NCBI GenBank assembly: GCA_964016885.1
Contig: OZ024740.1
Coordinates: 434,620,001-434,684,000, forward strand
DNA length: 64,000 nucleotides
Direction of reading: 5' to 3'
Origin: Eledone cirrhosa
Taxonomy: Eukaryota
Shown here: positions 19,725 to 34,700 of the stretch, in pieces
Position numbering within the stretch: position 1 is the stretch's first letter
Layout: the number at the start of each line of letters is the position of its first letter
Position numbers and translations under genes: made by a program
Notes under the pieces: model-generated
Database searches by the model: none
The model's input: the letters and a program-made list of their open reading frames with translations, nothing else
Told to the model about the DNA's origin: nothing

Positions 19725-22700
19725 CTCTATAAGGTGGTAGTGCTGGTGACATAACAAAGACACCCAGTCCACTCTGTAAGGTGGTAGTGGTGGTGACATA
19801 ACAAAGACACCCAGTCCACTCTGTAAGGTGGTAGTGGTGGTGACATAACAGACACCCAGTCCACTCTGTAAGGTGGTAGTGCTGGTGACATAAGACACCC
19901 AGTCCACTCTGTAAGGTGGTAGTGCTGGTGACATAACAAAGACACCCAGTCCACTCTGTAAGGTGGTAGTGGTGGTGACATAACAGACACCCAGTCCACT
20001 CTGTAAGGTGGTAGTGACATAACAGACACCCAGTCCACTCTGTAAGGTGGTTGTGGTGGTGACATAACAGACACCCAGTCCACTCTGTAAGGTGGTAGTG
20101 GTGGTGACATAAGACACCCAGTCCACTCTGCAAGGTGGTAGTGACATAAGAGACACCCAGTCCACTCTGTAAGGTGGTTGTGGTGGTGACATAAGACACC
20201 CAGTCCACTCTGTAAGGTGGTAGTGACATAACAGACACCCAGTCCACTCTGTAAGGTAATAGTGACATAACAAAGACACCCAGTCGACTCTGTAAGGTGG
20301 TTGTGGTGGTGACATAACAGACACCCACTCCACTCTGTAAGGTGGTAGTGGTGGTGACATAAGACACCCAGTCCACTCTGTAAGGTGGTAGTGACATAAC
20401 AGACACCCAGTCCACTCTGTAAGGTGGTTGTGGTGGTGACATAAGACACCCAGTCCACTCTGTAAGGTGGTAGTGACATAACAGACACCCAGTCCACTCT
20501 GTAAGGTAGTAGTGACATAACAAAGACACCCAGTCCACTCTGTAAGGTGGTAGTGGTGGTGACATAAGACACCCAGTCCTCTCTGTAAGGTGGTAGTGCT
20601 GGTGACATAACTGACACCCAGTCCACTCTGTAAGGTGGTTGTGGTGGTGACATAACAAAGACACCCAGTCCACTCTGTAAGGTGGTAGTGGTGGTGACAT
20701 AAGACACCCAGTCCACTCTGTAAGGTGGTAGTGCTGGTGACATAACAGACACCCAGTCCACTCTGTAAGGTGGTAGTGCTGGTGACATAACAGACACCCA
20801 GTCCACTCTGTAAGGTGGTAGTGCTGGTGACATAACAGACACCCAGTCCACTCTGTAAGGTGGTAGTGCTGGTGACATAACTGACACCCAGTCCACTCTG
20901 TAAGGTGGTAGTGGTGGTGACATAAGACACCCAGTCCACTCTGTAAGGTGGTTGTGGTGGTGACATAAAGACACCCAGTCCACTCTGTAAGGTGGTAGTG
21001 GTGGTGACATAACAGACACCCAGTCCACTCTGTAAGGTGGTTGTGGTGGTGACATAACAGACACCCAGTCCACTCTGTAAGGTGGTAGTGGTGGTGACAT
21101 AACAGACACCCAGTCCACTCTGTAAGGTGGTTGTGGTGGTGACATAACAAAGACACCCAGTCCACTCTGTAAGGTGGTAGTGACATAACAGACACCCAGT
21201 CCACTCTGTAAGGTGGTTGTGCTGGTGACATAACAGACACCCAGTCCACTCTGTAAGGTGGTAGTGGTGGTGACATAAGACACCCAGTCCACTCTGTAAG
21301 GTGGTAGTGACATAAGAGACACCCAGTCCACTCTGTAAGGTGGTTGTGGTGGTGACATAAGACACCCAGTCCACTCTGTAAGGTGGTAGTGACATAACAG
21401 ACACCCAGTCCACTCTGTAAGGTAGTAGTGACATAACAAAGACACCCAGTCCACTCTGTAAGGTGGTTGTGGTGGTGACATAACAGACACCCAGTCCACT
21501 CTGTAAGGTAGTAGTGACATAACAAAGACACCCAGTCCACTCTGTAAGGTGGTAGTGGTGGTGACATAAGACACCCAGTCCACTCTGTAAGGTGGTTGTG
21601 GTGGTGACATAACAAAGACACCCAGTCCACTCTGTAAGTTGGTAGTGGTGGTGACATAAGACACCCAGTCCACTCTGTAAGGTGGTTGTGGTGGTGACAT
21701 AACAAAGACACCCAGTCCACTCTGTAAGGTGGTAGTGGTGGTGACATAAGACACCCAGTCCACTCTGTAAGGTGGTTGTGGTGGTGACATAACAAAGACA
21801 CCCAGTCCACTCTGTAAGTTGGTAGTGGTGGTGACATAAGACACCCAGTCCACTCTGTAAGGTGGTTGTGGTGGTGACATAACAAAGACACCCAGTCCAC
21901 TCTGTAAGGTGGTAGTGCTGGTGACATAACAGACACCCAGTCCACTCTGTAAGGTGGTAGTGCTGGTGACATAACAGACACCCAGTCCACTCTGTAAGGT
22001 GGTAGTGCTGGTGACATAACAGACACCCAGTCCACTCTGTAAGGTGGTAGTGCTGGTGACATAACAGACACCCAGTCCACTCTGTAAGGTGGTTGTGGTG
22101 GTGACATAAGACACCCAGTCCACTCTGTAAGGTGGTAGTGCTGGTGACATAACAGACACCCAGTCCACTCTGTAAGGTGGTAGTGGTGGTGACATAACAA
22201 AGACACCCAGTGCACTCTGTAAGGTGGTTGTGGTGGTGACATAACAAAGACACCCAGTCCACTCTGTAAGGTGGTAGTGACATAACAGACACCCAGTCCA
22301 CTCTGTAAGGTGGTTGTGGTGGTGACATAACAGACACCCAGTCCACTCTGTAAGGTAGTAGTGACATAACAGACACCCAGTCCACTCTGTAAGGTAGTAG
22401 TGACATAACAGACACCCAGTCCACTCTGTAAGGTGGTTGTGGTGGTGACATAACAGACACCCAGTCCACTCTGTAAGGTAGTAGTGACATAACAGACACC
22501 CAGTCCACTCTGTAAGGTGGTTGTGGTGGTGACATAACAAAGACACCCAGTCCACTCTGTAAGGTAGTAGTGACATAACAGACACCCAGTCCACTCTGTA
22601 AGGTGGTTGTGGTGGTGACATAACAGACACCCAGTCCACTCTGTAAGGTGGTTGTGGTGGTGACATAACAAAGACACCCAGTCCACTCTGTAAGGTAGTA

Positions 22701-25700
22701 GTGACATAACAGACACCCAGTCCACTCTGTAAGGTGGTTGTGGTGGTGACATAACAGACACCCAGTCCACTCTGTAAGGTAGTAGTGACATAACAGACAC
22801 CCAGTCCACTCTGTAAGGTGGTTGTGGTGGTGACATAACAGACACCCAGTCCACTCTGTAAGGTAGTAGTGACATAACAGACACCCAGTCCACTCTGTAA
22901 GGTAGTAGTGACATAACAGACACCCAGTCCACTCTGTAAGGTGGTTGTGGTGGTGACATAACAGACACCCAGTCCACTCTGTAAGGTAGTAGTGACATAA
23001 CAGACACCCAGTCCACTCTGTAAGGTGGTAGTGACATAAGACACCCAGTCCACTCTGTAAGGTGGTAGTGACATAACAGACACCCAGTCCACTCTGTAAG
23101 GTAGTAGTGACATAACAAAGACACCCAGTCCACTCTGTAAGGTAGTAGTGGTGGTGACATAAGACACCCAGTCCACTCTGTAAGGTGGTAGTGCTGGTGA
23201 CATAACTGACACCCAGTCCACTCTGTAAGGTGGTTGTGGTGGTGACATAACAAAGACACCCAGTCCACTCTGTAAGGTGGTAGTGGTGGTGACATAAGAC
23301 ACCCAGTCCACTCTGTAAGGTGGTAGTGCTGGTGACATAACAGACACCCAGTCCACTCTGTAAGGTGGTAGTGCTGGTGACATAACAGACACCCAGTCCA
23401 CTCTGTAAGGTGGTAGTGCTGGTGACATAACTGACACCCAGTCCACTCTGTAAGGTGGTAGTGGTGGTGACATAAGACACCCAGTCCACTCTGTAAGGTG
23501 GTTGTGGTGGTGACATAACAAAGACACCCAGTCCACTCTGTAAGGTGGTAGTGGTGGTGACATAAGACACCCAGTCCACTCTGTAAGGTGGTAGTGCTGG
23601 TGACATAACAGACACCCAGTCCACTCTGTAAGGTGGTAGTGGTGGTGACATAACAGACACCCAGTCCACTCTGTAAGGTGGTAGTGGTGGTGACATAACA
23701 GACACCCAGTCCACTCTGTAAGGTGGTTGTGGTGGTGACATAACAAAGACACCCAGTCCACTCTGTAAGGTGGTAGTGACATAACAGACACCCAGTCCAC
23801 TCTGTAAGGTGGTTGTGGTGGTGACATAACAAAGACACCCAGTCCACTCTGTAAGGTGGTAGTGACATAACAGACACCCAGTCCACTCTGCAAGGTGGTT
23901 GTGCTGGTGACATAACAGACACCCAGTCCACTCTGTAAGGTGGTTGTGGTGGTGACATAAGACACCCAGTCCACTCTGTAAGGTGGTAGTGACATAACAG
24001 ACACCCAGTCCACTCTGTAAGTGGTAGTGGTGGTGACATAACAAAGACACCCAGTCCACTCTGTAAGGTGGTTGTGGTGGTGACATACAGACACCCAGTC
24101 CACTCTGTAAGGTGTTGTGAGGTGACATAACAAAGACACCCAGTCCACTCTGTAAGGTGGTAGTGGTGGTGACATAAGACACCCAGTCCACTCTGTAAGG
24201 TGGTTGTGGTGGTGACATAACAAAGACACCCAGTCCACTCTGTAAGTTGGTAGTGGTGGTGACATAAGACACCCAGTCCACTCTGTAAGGTGGTTGTGGT
24301 GGTGACATAACAAAGACACCCAGTCCACTCTGTAAGGTGGTAGTGGCTGGTGACATAAAGACACCCAGTCCACTCTGTAAGGTGGTAGTGCTGGTGACAT
24401 AACAAGACACCCAGTCCACTCTGTAAGTTGGTAGTGGTGGTGACATACAGACACCCAGTCCACTCTGTAAGGTGGTTGTGGTGGTGACATAACAAGACAC
24501 CCAGTCCACTCTGTAAGGTGGTAGTGCTGGTGACATAACAGACACCCAGTCCACTCTGTAAGGTGGTAGTGGTGGTGACATAACAAGACACCCAGTCCAC
24601 TCTGTAAGGTGGTAGTGTGGTGACATAACAGACACCCAGTCCACTCTGTAAGGTGGTAGTGTGGTGACATAACAGACACCCAGTCCACTCTGTAAGGTGG
24701 TTGTGGTGGTGACATAACAGACACCCAGTCCACTCTGTAAGGTGGTAGTGCTGGTGACATAACAGACACCCAGTCCACTCTGTAAGGTGGTAGTGGTGGT
24801 GACATAACAGACACCCAGTCACTCTGTAAGGTGGTTGTGGTGGTGACATAACAAGACACCCAGTCCACTCTGTAAGGTGGTAGTGTGACATAACAGACAC
24901 CCAGTCCACTCTGTAAGGTGGTTGTGGTGGTGACATAACAGACACCCAGTCCACTCTGTAAGGTAGTAGTGACATAACAGACACCCAGTCCACTCTGTAA
25001 GGTGGTAGGTAGTGACATAACAGACACCCAGTCCACTCTGTAAGGTGGTTGTGGTGGTGACATAACAAGACACCCAGTCCACTCTGTAAGGTAGTAGTGA
25101 CATAACAGACACCCAGTCCACTCTGTAAGGTGGTTGTGGTGGTGACATAACAAGACACCCAGTCCACTCTGTAAGGTAGTAGTGACATAACAGACACCCA
25201 GTCCACTCTGTAAGGTGGTTGTGGTGGTGACATAACAGACACCCAGTCCACTCTGTAAGGTGGTTGTGGTGGTGACATAACAAAGACACCCAGTCCACTC
25301 TGTAAGGTAGTAGTGACATAACAGACACCCAGTCCACTCTGTAAGGTGGTTGTGGTGGTGACATAACAGACACCCAGTCCACTCTGTAAGGTAGTAGTGA
25401 CATAACAGACACCCAGTCCACTCTGTAAGGTGGTTGTGGTGGTGACATAACAGACACCCAGTCCACTCTGTAAGGTGGTAGTGACATAACAGACACCCAG
25501 TCCACTCTGTAAGGTAGTAGTGACATAACAGACACCCAGTCCACTCTGTAAGGTGGTTGTGGTGGTGACATAACAGACACCCAGTCCACTCTGTAAGGTA
25601 GTAGTGACATAACAGACACCCAGTCCACTCTGTAAGGTGGTAGTGACATAAGACACCCAGTCCACTCTGTAAGGTGGTAGTGACATAACAGACACCCAGT

Positions 25701-28700
25701 CCACTCTGTAAGGTAGTAGTGACATAACAAGACACCCAGTCCACTCTGTAAGGTAGTAGTGGTGGTGACATAAGACACCCAGTCCACTCTGTAAGGTGGT
25801 AGTGCTGGTGACATAACTGACACCCAGTCCACTCTGTAAGGTGGTTGTGGTGGTGACATAACAAAGACACCCAGTCCACTCTGTAAGGTGGTAGTGGTGG
25901 TGACATAAGACACCCAGTCCACTCTGTAAGGTGGTAGTGCTGGTGACATAACAGACACCCAGTCCACTCTGTAAGGTGGTAGTGCTGGTGACATAACAGA
26001 CACCCAGTCCACTCTGTAAGGTGGTAGTGCTGGTGACATAACTGACACCCAGTCCACTCTGTAAGGTGGTAGTGGTGGTGACATAAGACACCCAGTCCAC
26101 TCTGTAAGGTGGTTGTGGTGGTGACATAACAAAGACACCCAGTCCACTCTGTAAGGTGGTAGTGGTGGTGACATAAGACACCCAGTCCACTCTGTAAGGT
26201 GGTAGTGCTGGTGACATAACAGACACCCAGTCCACTCTGTAAGGTGGTAGTGGTGGTGACATAACAGACACCCAGTCCACTCTGTAAGGTGGTAGTGGTG
26301 GTGACATAACAGACACCCAGTCCACTCTGTAAGGTGGTTGTGGTGGTGACATAACAAAGACACCCAGTCCACTCTGTAAGGTGGTAGTGACATAACAGAC
26401 ACCCAGTCCACTCTGTAAGGTGGTTGTGGTGGTGACATAACAAAGACACCCAGTCCACTCTGTAAGGTGGTAGTGACATAACAGACACCCAGTCCACTCT
26501 GCAAGGTGGTTGTGCTGGTGACATAACAGACACCCAGTCCACTCTGTAAGGTGGTAGTGGTGGTGACAAGACACCCAGTCCACTCTGTAAGGTGGTAGTG
26601 ACATAAGAGACACCCAGTCCACTCTGTAAGGTGGTTGTGGTGGTGACATAAGACACCCAGTCCACTCTGTAAGGTGGTAGTGACATAAGACACCCAGTCC
26701 ACTCTGTAAGGTAGTAGTGACATAACAAAGACACCCAGTCCACTCTGTAAGGTGGTAGTGCTGGTGACATAACAGACACCCAGTCCACTCTGTAAGGTGG
26801 TAGTGCTGGTGACATAACTGACACCCAGTCCACTCTGTAAGGTGGTAGTGGTGGTGACATAAGACACCCAGTCCACTCTGTAAGGTGGTTGTGGTGGTGA
26901 CATAACAAAGACACCCAGTCCACTCTGTAAGGTGGTAGTGGTGGTGACATAAGACACCCAGTCCACTCTGTAAGGTGGTAGTGCTGGTGACATAACAGAC
27001 ACCCAGTCCACTCTGTAAGGTGGTAGTGCTGGTGACATAACTGACACCCAGTCCACTCTGTAAGGTGGTAGTGGTGGTGACATAAGACACCCAGTCCACT
27101 CTGTAAGGTGGTTGTGGTGGTGACATAACAAAGACACCCAGTCCACTCTGTAAGGTGGTAGTGGTGGTGACATAAGACACCCAGTCCACTCTGTAAGGTG
27201 GTAGTGCTGGTGACATAACAGACACCCAGTCCACTCTGTAAGGTGGTAGTGCTGGTGACATAACAGACACCCAGTCCACTCTGTAGGGTGGTAGTGGTGG
27301 TGACATAACAGACACCCAGTCCACTCTGTAAGGTGGTAGTGCTGGTGACATAACAGACACCCAGTCCACTCTGTAAGGTGGTAGTGCTGGTGACATAACT
27401 GACACCCAGTCCACTCTGTAAGGTGGTAGTGGTGGTGACATAAGACACCCAGTCCACTCTGTAAGGTGGTTATGGTGGTGACATAACAAAGACACCCAGT
27501 CCACTCTGTAAGGTGGTAGTGGTGGTGACATAAGACACCCAGTCCACTCTGTAAGGTGGTAGTGCTGGTGACATAACAGACACCCAGTCCACTCTGTAAG
27601 GTGGTAGTGCTGGTGACATAACTGACACCCAGTCCACTCTGTAAGGTGGTAGTGGTGGTGACATAAGACACCCAGTCCACTCTGTAAGGTGGTTGTGGTG
27701 CTGACATAACAAAGACACCCAGTCCACTCTGTAAGGTGGTGGTAGTGGTGGTGACATAAGACACCCAGTCCACTCTGTAAGGTGGTAGTGCTGGTGACAT
27801 AACAGACACCCAGTCCACTCTGTAAGGTGGTAGTGCTGGTGACATAACAGACACCCAGTCCACTCTGTAGGGTGGTAGTGGTGGTGACATAACAGACACC
27901 CAGTCCACTCTGTAAGGTGGTAGTGCTGGTGACATAACAGACACCCAGTCCACTCTGTAAGGTGGTTGTGGTGGTGACATAACAAAGACACCCAGTCCAC
28001 TCTGTAAGGTGGTAGTGACATAACAGACACCCAGTCCACTCTGTAAGGTGGTTGTGGTGGTGACATAACAGACACCCAGTCCACTCTGTAAGGTGGTTGT
28101 GGTGGTGACATAACAAAGACACCCAGTCCACTCTGTAAGGTGGTTGTGGTGGTGACATAACAAAGACACCCAGTCCACTCTGTAAGGTAGTAGTGACATA
28201 ACAGACACCCAGTCCACTCTGTAAGGTAGTAGTGACATAACAGACACCCAGTCCACTCTGTAAGGTGGTAGTGCTGGTGACATAACAGACACCCAGTCTA
28301 CTCTGTAAGGTGGTTGTGGTGGTGACATAAGACACCCAGTCCACTCTGTAAGGTGGTAGTGGTGGTGACATAACAGACACCCAGTCAACTCTGTAAGGTA
28401 GTAGTGACATAACAGACACCCAGTCCACTCTGTAAGGTAGTAGTGACATAACAGACACCCAGTCCACTCTGTAAGGTAGTAGTGACATAACAGACACCCA
28501 GTCCACTCTGTAAGCTAGTAGTGACATAACAGACACCCAGTCCACTCTGTAAGGTGGTTGAGGTGGTGACATAAGACACCCAGTCCACTCTGTAAGGTGG
28601 TAGTGCTGGTGACATAACAGACACCCAGTCCACTCTGTAAGGTGGTAGTGGTGGTGACATAACAGACACCCAGTCCACTCTGTAAGGTGGTAGTGACATA

Positions 28701-31700
28701 ACAGACACCCAGTCCACTCTGTAAGGTGGTTGTGGTGGTGACATAACTGACACCCAGTCCACTCTGTAAGGTAGTAGTGACATAACAGACACCCAGTCCA
28801 CTCTGTAAGGTAGTAGTGACATAACAGACACCCAGTCCACTCTGTAAGGTAGTAGTGACATAACAGACACCCAGTCCACGCTGTAAGGTGGTTGTGGTGG
28901 TGACATAAGACACCCAGTCCACTCTGTAAGGTGGTAGTGCTGGTGACATAACAGACACCCAGTCCACTCTGTAAGGTGGTAGTGCTGGTGACATAACAGA
29001 CACCCAGTCCAATCTGTAAGGTGGTAGTGCTGGTGACATAACAGACACCCAGTCCACTCTGTAAGGTGGTAGTGACATAACAGACACCCAGTCCACTCTG
29101 TAAGGTAGTAGTGACATAACAAAGACACCCAGTCTACTCTGTAAGATGGTTGTGGTGGTGACATAACAGACACCCAGTCCACTCTGTAAGGTAGTAGTGA
29201 CATAACAAAGACACCCAGTCCACTCTGTAAGGTGGTAGTGCTGGTGACATAACTGACACCCAGTCCACTCTGTAAGGTGGTAGTGGTGGTGACATAAGAC
29301 ACCCAGTCCACTCTGTAATGTGGTTGTGGTGGTGACATAACAAAGACACCCAGTCCACTCTGTAAGGTGGTAGTGGTGGTGACATAAGACACCCAGTCCA
29401 CTCTGTAAGGTGGTAGTGCTGGTGACATAACAGACACCCAGTCCAATCTGTAAGGTGGTTGTGGTGGTGACATAACAGACACCCAGTCCACTCTGTAAGG
29501 TGGTAGTGGTGGTGACATAACAGACACCCAGTCCACTCTGTAAGGTGGTTGTGGTGGTGACATAACAAAGACACCCAGTCCACTCTGTAAGGTGGTAGTG
29601 ACATAACAGACACCCAGTCCACTCTGTAAGGTGGTTGTGCTGGTGACATAACAGACACCCAGTCCACTCTGTAAGGTGGTAGTGGTGGTGACATAACAGA
29701 CACCCAGTCCACTCTGTAAGGTGGTAGTGGTGGTGACATAAGACACCCAGTCCACTCTGTAAGGTGGTAGTGACATAACAGACACCCAGTCCACTCTGTA
29801 AGGTGGTTGTGGTGGTGACATAACTGACACCCAGTCCACTCTGTAAGGTAGTAGTGACATAACAGACACCCAGTCCACTCTGTAAGGTAGTAGTGACATA
29901 ACAGACACCCAGTCCACTCTGTAAGGTAGTAGTGACATAACAGACACCCAGTCCACGCTGTAAGGTGGTTGTGGTGGTGACATAAGACACCCAGTCCACT
30001 CTGTAAGGTGGTAGTGCTGGTGACATAACAGACACCCAGTCCACTCTGTAAGGTGGTAGTGCTGGTGACATAACAGACACCCAGTCCACTCTGTAAGGTG
30101 GTAGTGGTGGTGACATAAGACACCCAGTCCACTCTGTAAGGTGGTAGTGACATAACAGACACCCAGTCCACTCTGTAAGGTAGTAGTGACATAACAAAGA
30201 CACCCAGTCCACTCTGTAAGGTGGTGACGGTGGTGACATAAGACACCCAGTCCACTCTGTAAGGTGGTAGTGACATAACAGACACCCAGTCCACTCTGTA
30301 AGGTAGTAGTGACATAACAAAGACACCCAGTCCACTCTGTAAGGTGGTAGTGGTGGTGACATAAGACACCCAGTCCACTCTGTAAGGTGGTAGTGCTGGT
30401 GACATAGCAGACACCCAGTCCACTCTGTAAGGTGGTAGTGCTGGTGACATAACAGACACCCAGTCCACTCTGTAAGGTGGTAGTGCTGGTGACATAACTG
30501 ACACCCAGTCCACCCTGTAAGGTGGTAGTGGTGGTGACATAAGACACCCAGTCCACTCTGTAAGGTGGTTGTGGTGGTGACATAACAAAGACACCCAGTC
30601 CACTCTGTAAGGTGGTAGTGGTGGTGAAATAAGACACCCAGTCCACTCTGTAAGGTGGTAGTGCTGGTGACATAACAGACACCCAGTCCACTCTGTAAGG
30701 TGGTTGTGGTGGTGACATAACAGACACCCAGTCCACTCTGTAAGGTGGTTGTGGTGGTGACATAACAGACACCCAGTCCACTCTGTAAGGTGGTTGTGGT
30801 GGTGACATAACAGACACCCAGTCCACTCTGTAAGGTAGTAGTGACATAACAAAGACACCCAGTCCACTCTGTAAGGTGGTAGTGGTGGTGACATAAGACA
30901 CCCAGTCCACTCTGTAAGGTGGTAGTGCTGGTGACATAGCAGACACCCAGTCCACTCTGTAAGGTGGTAGTGGTGGTGACATAACAAAGACACCCAGTCC
31001 ACTCTGTAAGGTGGTTGTGGTGGTGACATAACAGACACCCAGTCCACTCTGTAAGGTGGTAGTGCTGGTGACATAACAGACACCCAGTCCACTCTGTAAG
31101 GTGGTAGTGCTGGTGACATAACTGACACCCAGTCCACCCTGTAAGGTGGTAGTGGTGGTGACATAAGACACCCAGTCCACTCTGTAAGGTGGTAGTGGTG
31201 GTGACATAACAGACACCCAGTCCACTCTGTAAGGTGGTAGTGCTGGTGACATAACAGACACCCAGTCCACTCTGTAAGGTGGTTGTGGTGGTGACATAAC
31301 AGACACCCAGTCCACTCTGTAAGGTGGTTGTGGTGGTGACATAACAAAGACACCCAGTCCACTCTGTAAGGTAGTAGTGACATAACAGACACCCAGTCCA
31401 CTCTGTAAGGTAGTAGTGACATAAGACACCCAGTCCACTCTGTAAGGTGGTTGTGGTGGTGACATAACAGACACCCAGTCCACTCTGTAAGGTAGTAGTG
31501 ACATAACAGACACCCAGTCCACTCTGTAAGGTGGTTGTGGTGGTGACATAACTGACACCCAGTCCACTCTGTAAGGTGGTAGTGCTGGTGACATAACTGA
31601 CACCCAGTCCACTCTGTAAGGTAGTAGTGACATAACAGACACCCAGTCCACTCTGTAAGGTAGTAGTGACATAACAGACACCCAGTCCACTCTGTAAGGT

Positions 31701-34700
31701 AGTAGTGACATAACGGACACCCAGTCCACTCTGTAAGGTAGTAGTGACATAACAGACATCCAGTCCACTCTGTAAGGTAGTAGTGACATAACAGACACCC
31801 AGTCCACTCTGTAAGGTGGTTGTGGTGGTGACATAACTGACACCCAGTCCACTCTGTAAGGTGGTTGTGGTGGTGACATAACTGACACCCAGTCCACTCT
31901 GTAAGGTAGTAGTGACATAACAGACACCCAGTCCACTCTGTAAGGTAGTAGTGACATAACAGACACCCAGTCCACTCTGTAAGGTAGTAGTGACATAACA
32001 GACACCCAGTCCACTCTGTAAGGTAGTAGTGACATAACAGACACCCAGTCCACTCTGTAAGCTAGTAGTGACATAACAGACACCCAGTCCACTCTGTAAG
32101 GTAGTAGTGACATAACAGACACCCAGTCCACTCTGTAAGGTGGTTGTGGTGGTGACATAACTGACACCCAGTCCACTCTGTAAGGTAGTAGTGACATAAC
32201 AGACACCCAGTCCACTTTGTAAGGTAGTAGTGACATAACAGACACCCAGTCCACTCTGTAAGGTAGTAGTGACATAACAGACACCCAGTCCACTCTGTAA
32301 GCTAGTAGTGACATAACAGACACCCAGTCCACTCTGTAAGGTAGTAGTGACATAACAGACACCCAGTCCACTCTGTAAGGTGGTTGTGGTGGTGACATAA
32401 CTGACACCCAGTCCACTCTGTAAGGTAGTAGTGACATAACAGACACCCAGTCCACTCTGTAAGGTAGTAGTGACATAACAGACACCCAGTCCACTCTGTA
32501 AGGTGGTTGTGGTGGTGACATAACTGACACCCAGTCCACTCTGTAAGGTAGTAGTGACATAACAGACACCCAGTCCACTCTGTAAGGTAGTAGTGACATA
32601 ACAGACACCCAGTCCACTCTGTAAGGTAGTAGTGACATAACTGACACCCAGTCCACTCTGTAAGGTAGTAGTGACATAACAGACACCCAGTCCACTCTGT
32701 AAGGTAGTAGTGACATAACAGACACCCAGTCCACTCTGTAAGGTAGTAGTGACATAACACACATCCAGTCCACTCTGTAAGGTAGTAGTGACATAACAGA
32801 CACCCAGTCCACTCTGTAAGCTAGTAGTGACATAACAGACACCCAGTCCACTCTGTAAGGTAGTAGTGACATAACAGACACCCAGTCCACTCTGTAAGGT
32901 GGTTGAGGTGGTGACATAAGACACCCAGTCCACTCTGTAAGGTGGTAGTGGTGGTGACATAACAGACACCCAGTCCACTCTGTAAGGTGGTAGTGCTGGT
33001 GACATAACAGACACCCAGTCCACTCTGTAAGGTGGTTGTGGTGGTGACATAAGACACCCAGTCCACTCTGTAAGGTGGTAGTGACGTAACAGACACCCAG
33101 TCCACTCTGTAAGGTAATAGTGACATAACAAAGACACCCAGTCGACTCTGTAAGGTGGTTGTGGTGGTGACATAACAGACACCCACTCCACTCTGTAAGG
33201 TGGTAGTGGTGGTGACATAAGACACCCAGTCCACTCTGTAAGGTGGTAGTGACATAACAGACACCCAGTCCACTCTGTAAGGTGGTTGTGGTGGTGACAT
33301 AAGACACCCAGTCCACTCTGTAAGGTGGTAGTGACATAACAGACACCCAGTCCACTCTGTAAGGTAGTAGTGACATAACAAAGACACCCAGTCCACTCTG
33401 TAAGGTGGTAGTGGTGGTGACATAAGACACCCAGTCCTCTCTGTAAGGTGGTAGTGCTGGTGACATAACTGACACCCAGTCCACTCTGTAAGGTGGTTGT
33501 GGTGGTGACATAACAAAGACACCCAGTCCACTCTGTAAGGTGGTAGTGGTGGTGACATAAGACACCCAGTCCACTCTGTAAGGTGGTAGTGCTGGTGACA
33601 TAACAGACACCCAGTCCACTCTGTAAGGTGGTAGTGCTGGTGACATAACAGACACCCAGTCCACTCTGTAAGGTGGTAGTGCTGGTGACATAACAGACAC
33701 CCAGTCCACTCTGTAAGGTGGTAGTGCTGGTGACATAACTGACACCCAGTCCACTCTGTAAGGTGGTAGTGGTGGTGACATAAGACACCCAGTCCACTCT
33801 GTAAGGTGGTTGTGGTGGTGACATAAAGACACCCAGTCCACTCTGTAAGGTGGTTGTGGTGGTGACATAAAGACACCCAGTCCACTCTGTAAGGTGGAAG
33901 TGGTGGTGACATAACAGACACCCAGTCCACTCTGTAAGGTGGTTGTGGTGGTGACATAACAGACACCCAGTCCACTCTGTAAGGTGGTAGTGGTGGTGAC
34001 ATAACAGACACCCAGTCCACTCTGTAAGGTGGTTGTGGTGGTGACATAACAAAGACACCCAGTCCACTCTGTAAGGTGGTAGTGACATAACAGACACCCA
34101 GTCCACTCTGTAAGGTGGTTGTGCTGGTGACATAACAGACACCCAGTCCACTCTGTAAGGTGGTAGTGGTGGTGACATAAGACACCCAGTCCACTCTGTA
34201 AGGTGGTAGTGACATAAGAGACACCCAGTCCACTCTGTAAGGTGGTTGTGGTGGTGACATAAGACACCCAGTCCACTCTGTAAGGTGGTAGTGACATAAC
34301 AGACACCCAGTCCACTCTGTAAGGTAGTAGTGACATAACAAAGACACCCAGTCCACTCTGTAAGGTGGTTGTGGTGGTGACATAACAGACACCCAGTCCA
34401 CTCTGTAAGGTAGTAGTGACATAACAAAGACACCCAGTCCACTCTGTAAGGTGGTAGTGGTGGTGACATAAGACACCCAGTCCACTCTGTAAGGTGGTTG
34501 TGGTGGTGACATAACAAAGACACCCAGTCCACTCTGTAAGTTGGTAGTGGTGGTGACATAAGACACCCAGTCCACTCTGTAAGGTGGTTGTGGTGGTGAC
34601 ATAACAAAGACACCCAGTCCACTCTGTAAGGTGGTAGTGGTGGTGACATAAGACACCCAGTCCACTCTGTAAGGTGGTTGTGGTGGTGACATAACAAAGA

